Source of the DNA: Patescibacteria group bacterium
Lineage (GTDB): Bacteria > Patescibacteriota > Microgenomatia > Daviesbacterales > UBA10151
DNA length: 64,000 nucleotides
Assembly: GCA_943356485.1 (NCBI GenBank)
Contig: CALRFD010000003.1
Span: 7,702 to 71,701 of the forward strand
Direction of reading: 5' to 3'
Shown here piece by piece: positions 56,806 through 64,000 of the stretch. Each line of letters starts with the position of its first letter. Within the stretch, counting starts at the first letter, position 1. A program made the position numbers and the translations under genes. The notes below the pieces were generated by a model. It had not been told where the DNA came from. It made no database searches and was given only the letters and a program-made list of their open reading frames with translations.

Positions 56806-56920
56806 CTCCCCGATGTTTAGTAAAAGTATTATACCACACTTGTATCAAAAACTCATCTCTAAATCAGAATACGTAATTTTGCGTGGGTGGGTGGCAGACC
56901 TCCTTTGTACCCAAATGAGA
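56806..56920 (+). repeat. Dispersed repeat, copy R3 (extended 5' arm; internal deletion of the TATAATCCTGAGCAGGGCCGAAGG segment)
   Basis: CCCCGATG...GTATTATACCACACTTGTATCAAAAACTCATCTCTAAATCAGAATACGTAATTTTGCGTGGGTGGGTGG matches 58398-58487. Confidence 0.8.
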
Positions 56921-56946
56921 GAAATAATAGTAAAGTTTCTTTAATA

Positions 56947-57615
56947 TTAGTAGAGTCTTTTTAATAAAGCTAATGGGTCAATAGAATTGTTTATATCAGT
57001 ACCTAATCTGTGAAAATCGGGTTGATAATGTATTTCAAAATGAACATGGTTATAACTTCTTTCATAAGTTTCTTCAACTTTTGGTGGAATTTCTACACTT
57101 GGATGTAGTCCTCCAGCTTCACCCTTAAAGAATAATCCAACTTGTCCAATTCTTTCCCCTCTTTGGAACCTCTCTTCTGAGTATCTGTCGAACCAATGCC
57201 TTTGGGCTATTGTAGGATGTAAACTATCTAAGTCTAGATGTACTAGCCAATATGCTAACCCAGATTCTTGAGAATAAAGTAAAACATCAGCTAAGCCTCG
57301 GTGTCTGTTGATATAGGTTTGTGCATCTTTATAAACAAAGGTAGCAGTTTCTGGTGTTGCAACGCAGGTCCCTTCAGGAACTTGAATATCTAGGGCAAAA
57401 TGTGGGTCTTTATCCTTTGAAGCAGAATAATTTGGTTGTCCAAAAAAGCAAGAAATATGAGCCCGAAGACTTGTCATATCAACTGGCCAATCGAGAGTAT
57501 GTCTTAGTGGAGTTAAAGCTTCTGGTAAGGTTCGCTTACTTACGTGCTCTAAATAGAAGGCTTCGTCGGTAGGAAAACCCTCACCGCTTTTACGAATTGG
57601 TTGTAATTCAGACAT
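56947..57615 (-). CDS. M23-family (LytM-like) metallopeptidase-domain protein without signal peptide
   Basis: HFALDIQVPEGTCVATPETATFVY (HxxxD block), AYWLVHLD, GERIGQVG, HVHFEIH (HxH). The N-terminus is not hydrophobic. Confidence 0.6.
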   Translation of the reverse strand: MSELQPIRKSGEGFPTDEAFYLEHVSKRTLPEALTPLRHTLDWPVDMTSLRAHISCFFGQPNYSASKDKDPHFALDIQVPEGTCVATPETATFVYKDAQTYINRHRGLADVLLYSQESGLAYWLVHLDLDSLHPTIAQRHWFDRYSEERFQRGERIGQVGLFFKGEAGGLHPSVEIPPKVEETYERSYNHVHFEIHYQPDFHRLGTDINNSIDPLALLKRLY

Positions 57616-57662
57616 TTAAATATCTTAACACTTTTATGCCTGAATATCAAACTATAGGACTG

Positions 57663-57720
57663 GGGGTGGGTGGGCTGATTATAATCCTGAGCAGGGCCGA
57701 AGGACTTAGTTTGTACTCAG
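57663..57720 (+). repeat. Dispersed repeat, copy R4
   Basis: GGGGGTGGGTGGGCTGATTATAATCCTGAGCAGGGCCGAAGGACTTAGTTTGTACTCAG. Confidence 0.8.
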
Positions 57721-57766
57721 ATAAGCTCAAATTCTATAAATATTTCTTCTATGCTATAGTCTAGTT

Positions 57767-58339
57767 ATGATAATCTTCATTGATGAATCCGGTACGCATA
57801 AACAAATGGATCATGCAACTATAGCCCTAGTTTATATAGAAATAGCTAATTTAGAGGAATTTGAGGAGGCAGTAGAGCAAATTGAAGAGAAACTTAATAT
57901 TAAATACTTTCATTGGACAGATGAAAAATGGGATAAAAGGGAAAAATTTATTGAACAAATTTTGAAGCTGGATTTTTTTGTTAAAGTGGCCATACTAAAT
58001 AATCCAGTTAAACTTGCTGAAAGCCTAGAAGACGCATTAAGACATCTTGTAGTTGAAGAGAATATAAAGAAAATTATGCTTGATGGTAGAAAACCAAGAT
58101 GGTATAACCAAAGGCTGAAAAAAGTATTAAGAGATAAGGGTGTATCCGTTAAAAAGATTGTAACTGTCAGAAAAGATGAATCTAGTCCTGGGATAAGAGT
58201 ATCTGATTGTTTAGCGGGGTTAATTAGAAATAATTATGATAACCCTGATTCACTAGCCTCTAAGTGGTATGACAAGATGAAAAAAGCAGAGAAGATTAGA
58301 CTTGAGATTACTACTTACCCACAAAAAAGCCCCGCTTAA
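57767..58339 (+). CDS. DUF3800-like protein (IFIDESG N-terminal motif)
   Basis: N-terminal MIIFIDESGTH resembles the DUF3800 signature. The assignment is tentative. Confidence 0.35.
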   Translation: MIIFIDESGTHKQMDHATIALVYIEIANLEEFEEAVEQIEEKLNIKYFHWTDEKWDKREKFIEQILKLDFFVKVAILNNPVKLAESLEDALRHLVVEENIKKIMLDGRKPRWYNQRLKKVLRDKGVSVKKIVTVRKDESSPGIRVSDCLAGLIRNNYDNPDSLASKWYDKMKKAEKIRLEITTYPQKSPA

Positions 58340-58397
58340 AGCGAGGCCAGTTATTCAAGTAGTTTATTGCTAAACTCGGCGGCTCACCGTCCTTTGT

Positions 58398-58535
58398 CCC
58401 CGATAACTTGTTGTAAATGTATTATACCACAACTTGTATCAAAAACTCATCTCTAAATCAGAATACGTAATTTTGCGTGGGTGGGTGGGCAGATTATAAT
58501 CCTGAGCAGGGCCGAAGGACTTAGTTTGTACCCAG
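58398..58535 (+). repeat. Dispersed repeat, copy R5 (full length, about 138 bp)
   Basis: Combines the 5' arm shared with R3 and the core shared with R2 and R4. Confidence 0.8.
58473..58500 (+). promoter_or_regulatory. Sigma70-like promoter inside repeat R5: TTGCGT, 16-nt spacer, TATAAT
   Basis: Read directly. It faces rightward into the 3' end of the minus-strand gene 58545-59075, so it could make an antisense or small RNA. Confidence 0.3.
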
Positions 58536-58544
58536 ATAAAATTA

Positions 58545-59075
58545 TCAAAACACTTTGTATACTAACAAATCTTCATGAGATCTTCTCACAACTAATAATT
58601 CATTACTCTGAGGCCTAAAACTAACATGGAAATGCATATTTCCAACTTTTGGCCTTATAGTATCCACTGTAATAGTGTCAACTTGCTTCATACCTAATTT
58701 TCTTTGAAAATCTCTAACAATCCATATTTTAGAAGTGCTAGATGAACCTTCTACAACAATGAATTGTCCACCTGCTAATTCTTTCAAGTGTTCAAAATCA
58801 TATTCGTATAAATCTTGGGTTGGAAGAGCATGAAGAAAACCAAAATTAGCCTGAGACTCATCTCTTAATATAAATCCTGAACAAGCAGCAAAATTGGGAC
58901 TTACAAATCTGTTAGCTCGAAGGCCCATTTTATAGGTACCTTGTCTAATATGGATTACATCTAAAGCACCAGGTAAGTACTCAGATATGTCAGGGTACGC
59001 AGAACGATTGTCATCGTCGTATGGCATAAATCTAATTAATTCGCTCATTAAAAGATTATATCTATTTTGAAGCAA
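58545..59075 (-). CDS. Hypothetical protein (176 aa)
   Basis: ORF with no recognised motifs. Confidence 0.35.
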   Translation of the reverse strand: MLQNRYNLLMSELIRFMPYDDDNRSAYPDISEYLPGALDVIHIRQGTYKMGLRANRFVSPNFAACSGFILRDESQANFGFLHALPTQDLYEYDFEHLKELAGGQFIVVEGSSSTSKIWIVRDFQRKLGMKQVDTITVDTIRPKVGNMHFHVSFRPQSNELLVVRRSHEDLLVYKVF

Positions 59076-59130
59076 AATTACAAACTACAGGTATAAGAAA
59101 TGAGATATTTTAGAGTAAATATGTATACTA

Positions 59131-59207
59131 TGGGGTGGCTGACGGGGATCGAACCCGCGACGTCCAGTTCCACAAACTGGCGCTCTACCGCTGAGCTACA
59201 GCCACCA
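59131..59207 (-). tRNA. tRNA-His (anticodon GTG) with encoded G-1 and CCA
   Basis: Reverse complement reads G-GTGGCTG TA GCTC AGCGGTA GAGC G CCAGT TTGTGGA ACTGG ... GGTTCGATCCC ... CAGCCAC C CCA. Anticodon loop TTGTGGA. Confidence 0.85.
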
Positions 59208-59290
59208 TGTAATCCCAAACCTGATTTTATCACAGACAAATTTTAAAAACCATCTGAAGCCAGCACAAAAAAATACTCTACACTTTTTTG

Positions 59291-60112
59291 TTATGAAATT
59301 GGCTTGACTATTGGTCCGCTCAAATACGAATAAGCTCTTAGTACTAAGCTTCTGTCAATTTGCGGTCCGGGAAGCAGAGAAAATCTTTCTCGATGTTGAT
59401 GCGGATTACTTGCTAAATTGAGGATTTCAGATAGCAGAGTAGGAAGTTTTAACCCAACATAGAAACCACCTAGCATGTTTGTAAGGTATCCCTCCACATT
59501 CATCAGAAAAGCAGAAGAACAGATAAATGATACTGCTAAACCATAGACTGTCAGGTTTGCCATCCAATCTCCCCGATCCAAGCCCTTAACCAAAAAATTA
59601 GATCCTAAGTTATTTATTCCATCTTTAATAGTTTGGTTAAGATAATATGACCAGGCCTTGCTGGATCTAATATCTCCCTGAAAACGGTTATCATCTCTGA
59701 TTCTTTGAGTAATCTCTGCGTTATTGATGGTTATAAGGCCAGCTGACCATCTTCTGTCATGGGTAAGGAAGTCATCGCCTTCAGATAATCTGTAATTGTG
59801 CGTTGGGACAAGCGTCTTTGCCGCCTTAAAGGATGCAGAAGCACTGCCCTGACTATCTACCCCGGTAATTTCTGGAACTAAACTGGTGGTTTCTAAACTA
59901 TTGCTTCCTGTCACAATCAGGGGATATATGCCGGCCAAATGTGTCAGACGGTGAATTAGAGCCATATTAACTCCAATCTGATCGGTGTTTACCCATCCTG
60001 GTAGATTGGGATATATTTTTATCTCCTCAGTTTTAGCCTCAGATATCGGTACAAAATTTTCTTTAGATCCAAACATGCAAGCAATTATACTCTTAAAGAA
60101 AAAAGGAGTCAA
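59291..60112 (-). CDS. Hypothetical protein (273 aa)
   Basis: ORF with no recognised motifs. Confidence 0.3.
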   Translation of the reverse strand: MTPFFFKSIIACMFGSKENFVPISEAKTEEIKIYPNLPGWVNTDQIGVNMALIHRLTHLAGIYPLIVTGSNSLETTSLVPEITGVDSQGSASASFKAAKTLVPTHNYRLSEGDDFLTHDRRWSAGLITINNAEITQRIRDDNRFQGDIRSSKAWSYYLNQTIKDGINNLGSNFLVKGLDRGDWMANLTVYGLAVSFICSSAFLMNVEGYLTNMLGGFYVGLKLPTLLSEILNLASNPHQHRERFSLLPGPQIDRSLVLRAYSYLSGPIVKPIS

Positions 60113-60138
60113 CTATAGGACAGGATTTGATCCTGCAA

Positions 60139-61965
60139 TTACTTAGACCAGGGAAGAAGCTTCCAAAACTCTCTCGGATTAAGGATTGCTTGTAGCAATG
60201 TTGGTTGGAGCGTTCCGAAATCCAAAACATTTAGACCTTGTGTTAAAGATTTGTGAATCGTCACAGGATGGTAATATGGTTTTTCTAAAGTAAAATCAAA
60301 GGAATAATCAGGCAACAGATATTTTGCCTCAATCTCTTTTGATTTACCAGATTGATCTAACTCTATACTCTGAGAAGATTCACCGACTACTCCATTCACC
60401 CTTAAAATATAATCGCCCATCGAGCTGTTTTTCCATCTAAGCTTACTTAATATTTGTAAAATTACCGGTTCTTTTACCTCTGTTGTAAATTCCACTGGCT
60501 CTGAGGAAAACTGTACATTATCCGAAAACAAATTCAGCCTAACTTTATATACCCCTCTTTGTGGAGCTTTTAAGCTGATACTGAATGTGTACTCACTACC
60601 CGGTTCTACTTTTATATTGTCAGGTAATTTAGCTTCATCTATTCCTAACTCTGGCCCGCTTTGCAAAGGGACTAGCTTAACTTTGTTACCATCGTTCCAA
60701 ATAGATTGTCCGGTATTTTTAAAGGTAAGCGAAATTGAATAACTTTGGCCTGCCACGATAGATGAGTAAACTTCTCCTTTGATGAGTTTAGATTGGATAT
60801 CCTGGGCAGGTTTACCAAAAGTCTTAGTTAATTTTTGCAGGCTTTCATAAAAAGGGTAATAATCAGTTCCCTGAGTCTGAACTAAGGCGGAAATTATTTT
60901 TTCCTGTGCACCATTGGCTATTTTTTTAAAGGAAAAATGGTCAAATGGAACTTCCTGATAATTCAATAAGAATGGGGTGATCGCAATAACTTCCGGATTA
61001 TTCCATGCCTCCTCAAACGCCTTTTTATAGTAAGTAGACAATGTATTTGAGTCTGGAAACCCGGGATTATAGTTTAATCCTTCTGCATGTTTCCAACCTG
61101 TTTCTGTGATAAATACCGGTAGCATTTTAGAAACACCAAGATTTCTTAACTGCTGGAGTTCCCAGCTCCATGTTCTTATGCTCCCGCGGCCAACACCCTC
61201 AGGAGACCCGCTAAACTCAGGATTAGGATAAGAGTGGGAAGCCCAACCATCAAGCTCATTTAATATACCGGGAACCTCAGCTTCCATCTTTCTTAGAAAG
61301 CTAACTTCATCCTCGTAGTTTGGTAGGCTCTGCGGAGCTGAAGCATCAAGTCCGGCATTTAATACAAAAAAATCTTCACTTCTGCTTTTTAAAGCAGCTC
61401 TCATCTTGTCCAAAATCCTGGCATAGGATCCTGCATCAACCATACCGCCCCATTCATGAGACTGGTTTGGTTCGTTGTAGACCACAACGTATCTGTTTTT
61501 GGTAGGCCAAATTAAGGAATTTAAAAAATCTGCCCATGAATTCGCATCATCAGGATCCGGTCTTTTCCAATTTTTTCCCTCTGGTTCTGTGGCAATTCTA
61601 ATAATTGGGATCAGGTGTCTTCTCCTTAAATCATTAAAAAACTCCTGCCACTTGTTTTGTACTTTATCCTTTTGAGTCATTAAAACCGTAATATAGCCCC
61701 AATCTCCGTTAGTATTTACCAAACTAGCTGCGGGTGAGGATTCATCCGGGGAGGGGGTTATTAGATGAATACCGAATTTGTTGTTAGGAGCGGAAAGGGG
61801 ATCTGTAATGGCATAGGTTGTGGACAGGGTACAGGGGAGAGCGAACAGGAAGAAAAGCAAAAGAGAAATTGAAACTGTAACCTGTAGCCTGAACCCTGTA
61901 AACTTTTCTTTCATAGAACTAACTATTTTACCACTAATAGCGAACATATAGACCGAGGATTGCAT
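60139..61965 (-). CDS. Secreted candidate glycoside hydrolase (clan GH-A / GH5-like) with a C-terminal beta-rich domain
   Basis: Signal peptide. VVVYNEPN (NEP acid/base motif) and a later ITETGW-like nucleophile context. Confidence 0.45.
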   Translation of the reverse strand: MQSSVYMFAISGKIVSSMKEKFTGFRLQVTVSISLLLFFLFALPCTLSTTYAITDPLSAPNNKFGIHLITPSPDESSPAASLVNTNGDWGYITVLMTQKDKVQNKWQEFFNDLRRRHLIPIIRIATEPEGKNWKRPDPDDANSWADFLNSLIWPTKNRYVVVYNEPNQSHEWGGMVDAGSYARILDKMRAALKSRSEDFFVLNAGLDASAPQSLPNYEDEVSFLRKMEAEVPGILNELDGWASHSYPNPEFSGSPEGVGRGSIRTWSWELQQLRNLGVSKMLPVFITETGWKHAEGLNYNPGFPDSNTLSTYYKKAFEEAWNNPEVIAITPFLLNYQEVPFDHFSFKKIANGAQEKIISALVQTQGTDYYPFYESLQKLTKTFGKPAQDIQSKLIKGEVYSSIVAGQSYSISLTFKNTGQSIWNDGNKVKLVPLQSGPELGIDEAKLPDNIKVEPGSEYTFSISLKAPQRGVYKVRLNLFSDNVQFSSEPVEFTTEVKEPVILQILSKLRWKNSSMGDYILRVNGVVGESSQSIELDQSGKSKEIEAKYLLPDYSFDFTLEKPYYHPVTIHKSLTQGLNVLDFGTLQPTLLQAILNPREFWKLLPWSK

Positions 61966-62562
61966 ACAATCAATTTTTATTGTATATTTCCAATCATGAG
62001 TTTAGAGTCAAAAAATGAGCCTGCAATACTTAGTTATTTTAAGAGGAGCAAGGAAGGACGCTCTTTCGGATCGGATTTAGATGTAGTGCAGGAATTTGTT
62101 GACCGTTACCAAATTACCAGAAGAGACGGTAGGACTGAAGGATTAAAAAAATTGCTGGCAGAACTTGGAGAATGTGCTAGCAATTTTGAAGCTGATCGAG
62201 TATTAGGTGGATGGTCGCAAGCTGTCTACATAGGTGATGAATTGATTGTAAATGCGACAATAGCAGCGGCGGCAGGTGTTTTTAGAAAGAGACGTTTATC
62301 TCCGGAAGATGATGAAGTTAAGGGCTATATTGCAGCTAAAGCAACTGCAATGCTGCTTAGTGCGGATGGTCCCAGACCAGGTGGAGCTGTTACGTATGGA
62401 AGAGAAGCTTATAACAAATTAATCCGCCCGGTAGTTAGAGAAGGCAGAACCCTAGGAGTACATGGAATGACTGTTTTTGCTATTGCCGAAAGTACAGATT
62501 ACGTAAGTACACATCCGCTTAACGCATGTAGAGGAATAGTGGGATTTAGAAACCTTCTTTAA
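61960..62562 (+). CDS. Hypothetical protein (200 aa)
   Basis: ORF only. Confidence 0.3.
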   Translation: MHTINFYCIFPIMSLESKNEPAILSYFKRSKEGRSFGSDLDVVQEFVDRYQITRRDGRTEGLKKLLAELGECASNFEADRVLGGWSQAVYIGDELIVNATIAAAAGVFRKRRLSPEDDEVKGYIAAKATAMLLSADGPRPGGAVTYGREAYNKLIRPVVREGRTLGVHGMTVFAIAESTDYVSTHPLNACRGIVGFRNLL

Positions 62563-62604
62563 CTCTTGCTTTTTGGGTTTCCTTCGGATAATAATATACA
62601 TACC

Positions 62605-62644
62605 TTTGTCATCTAGAGATTGCCACGCTTCGCTCGCAATGACA
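62605..62644. repeat. Truncated copy of the MITE-like palindromic element found inside dinB
   Basis: TTTGTCAT-CTAGAGATTGCCACGCTTCGCTCGCAATGACA aligns to both ends of 63226-63306, with about 40 bp of internal sequence missing. Confidence 0.6.
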
Positions 62645-62651
62645 ACTCACT

Positions 62652-62894
62652 ATGTTAGAAATTTCCGAACCGATTGATGTCTGGGTGTTTTTTAAAAAAA
62701 GCTCAGTGCAACCCTATATTTTTTTCTGGCGGGAGAGGAAAATTAAAATAGAAAAAATTAACCTGGTTCATACTTCAAAAGAAGGATCAAGCGTTTTTTA
62801 TCATTTTTCTATATCCAGTGGAGGGAATTTTTACAGATTAGGATTTGATACTTTTAAAATGAAATGGTTTTTGGAAGCGGTGGAAGAAGAGTGA
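62652..62894 (+). CDS. Hypothetical protein (80 aa), stop overlapping the dinB GTG start
   Basis: GTGA overlap at 62892-62895. Confidence 0.35.
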   Translation: MLEISEPIDVWVFFKKSSVQPYIFFWRERKIKIEKINLVHTSKEGSSVFYHFSISSGGNFYRLGFDTFKMKWFLEAVEEE

Positions 62895-64000
62895 GAGCAA
62901 TATTACATATAGACTTTAATTCATACTTTGCCAGTGTTGAACAGCAGGCTAATCCTCGTTTACGGGGTAAACCGATTGGAGTAACAGGCGGTGACAGAAT
63001 AAAAAGAACTGTTATCGGTGCAGCTTCAATTGAGGCTAAAAGGTTTGGAGTTAAAACAGGGATGGCGATTTGGCAGGCAAAAAAACTTTGTCCGCAAATA
63101 ATACTTGTGAAAGGTGATAGCGATAAATATTTAGAGACCACCAAAAAGTTTTTATCAATTGTAAAAAGCTTTAGCCCGATTGTTGAGGTATTTTCGATTG
63201 ATGAAGTTTTTTTACAACTTCCTTTTGTCATTCCGAGGGAGCGAAGCGACCGTAGGAATCCTGATTCTAATCTAGATTGCCACGCTCCTTCGGAGCTCGC
63301 AATGACGTTAAAAATTGCTCAGGAGATCAAATCCCGTGTCCGTTCTGAACTTGGTGAATATATTAAATGTTCTATTGGTATTTCCTACAATAAATTAATG
63401 GCAAAGCTGGCCGGATCTTTGCAAAAGCCGGACGGGTTAGTGGTTATTGCAGATCAGGAGGAAGCTATAAAAGTACTGGATAAAATAGAGCTGGATGAGA
63501 TCTGTGGGATAGGTCGTGCGATCAAGAAAAGGTTAAATAATATGGGGGTGTTTAATTTTAAAGATTTGCGGAAAACTCCTCTGGAGGCACTGCTGGCTTC
63601 TTTTAAATCTTACGGCAAAACTCTTTATGATATGGCAAGAGGAATAGACGAACGACCGATTTTACCTTTTTTTGAAAAACCAGAGGTAAAATCAATTGGC
63701 CACAGACATACGATTGACTACGATACTTCTGATCCAACTGAAATAAAACAAATTTTACTTAAATTAACAGAGTTAATTGCCAGAAAGTTAAGAGCTAAAA
63801 AATTAGTTGGCAAAACAATTTCTTGCTGGTTTCGTCGAGTTCGAGGTGCGACCTCAACGAAGGTCGCACCTGAACAGATGGGAATGCAGGTTACGATTTT
63901 CCCGACCCAAGATGGGTTGGAAATTTTTAAATCTGCATGGAAAGTTTTCAATTATTTATGGGATGGAGAAAGAATAAGGATGGTTGGCGTTTCTATTTCT
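62893..64000 (+). CDS. dinB: DNA polymerase IV (Y-family), 3'-truncated by the window edge; absent from the ORF track because no stop lies in the window
   Basis: My translation from the GTG at 62893 gives VRAILHIDFNSYFASVEQQANPRLRGKPIGVTGG ... SIDEVFLQL ... IAQEIKSRVRSELG ... KLMAKLAGSLQKPDGLVVI, which are canonical DinB palm and finger motifs. The frame is open to position 64000. Confidence 0.85.
63227..63306. mobile_element. About 80-bp MITE-like palindromic element inserted in-frame within dinB
   Basis: Terminal inverted repeats GTCATTCCGAGGGAGCG ... CGCTCCTTCGGAGCTCGCAATGAC. The encoded segment PFVIPRERSDRRNPDSNLDCHAPSELAMT sits where DinB normally has a short loop between the DEVFLQL and IAQEI motifs. 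Confidence 0.5.

Noticed and set aside
58340-58370. Rho-independent terminator after the DUF3800-like gene (GCCCCGCTTAAAGCGAGGC)
   Set aside because: The stem has a mismatch and no following T-run. Not convincing as an intrinsic terminator.
55320-59100. Possible CRISPR array or integron cassette array
   Set aside because: The repeats are 58-138 bp, not 24-48 bp. The 'spacers' are 0.6-1.5 kb and contain full genes in both orientations. No cas or intI genes, and no attC-like symmetric structure.

Overview
This is a 64-kb AT-rich, gene-dense bacterial chromosomal window that uses the standard genetic code (TGA is a stop). The gene content resembles a small-genome uncultivated lineage, possibly CPR/Patescibacteria-like: UvrC is a short form lacking the C-terminal HhH domain, and there are many small membrane hypothetical proteins.

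Housekeeping genes I can support: uvrA (5' cut by the window edge), a uvrC-like gene, secG, typA/bipA, purD, zwf with a short gnd-like gene and a ROK glucokinase, a dus gene, a MacA/MacB-type ABC efflux trio, a cytoplasmic histidine kinase with a REC-only response regulator, and dinB (3' cut by the window edge, not in the ORF track). Three tRNAs are present: Lys-CTT, Arg-TCG and His-GTG. No rRNA genes or CRISPR arrays were seen.

Accessory and unusual content:
- Two paralogous RayT-like HUH (IS200/IS605-superfamily) transposase genes are each bracketed by their own inverted REP-like palindromes. Extra copies of both REP families are scattered elsewhere in the window.
- A roughly 5.9-kb module at 24.3-30.2 kb carries a HExxH-metallopeptidase/VWA(MIDAS) protein and an 1120-aa MoxR-like AAA+ ATPase with a very large N-terminal extension. 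It is bounded by a perfect 21-bp direct repeat and by REP family-2 copies. The peptidase-VWA gene is split at an A8 tract that forms a textbook -1 slippery heptamer.
- A repeat-punctuated cargo region at 55.3-59.1 kb abuts tRNA-His. It carries a NYN/LabA RNase, a signal-less M23 peptidase, a DUF3800-like protein and small unknown genes.
- A duplicated tRNA-Lys 5' segment with a perfect 24-bp palindrome lies just upstream of the intact tRNA-Lys.
- An ~80-bp MITE-like palindromic element is inserted in-frame inside dinB, with a truncated copy about 650 bp upstream.
- A block of five hypothetical genes at 17.9-22.8 kb includes a kinase-fold protein whose catalytic-loop Asp is not conserved.

All calls come from reading the sequence and the six-frame translations; no database searches were run.
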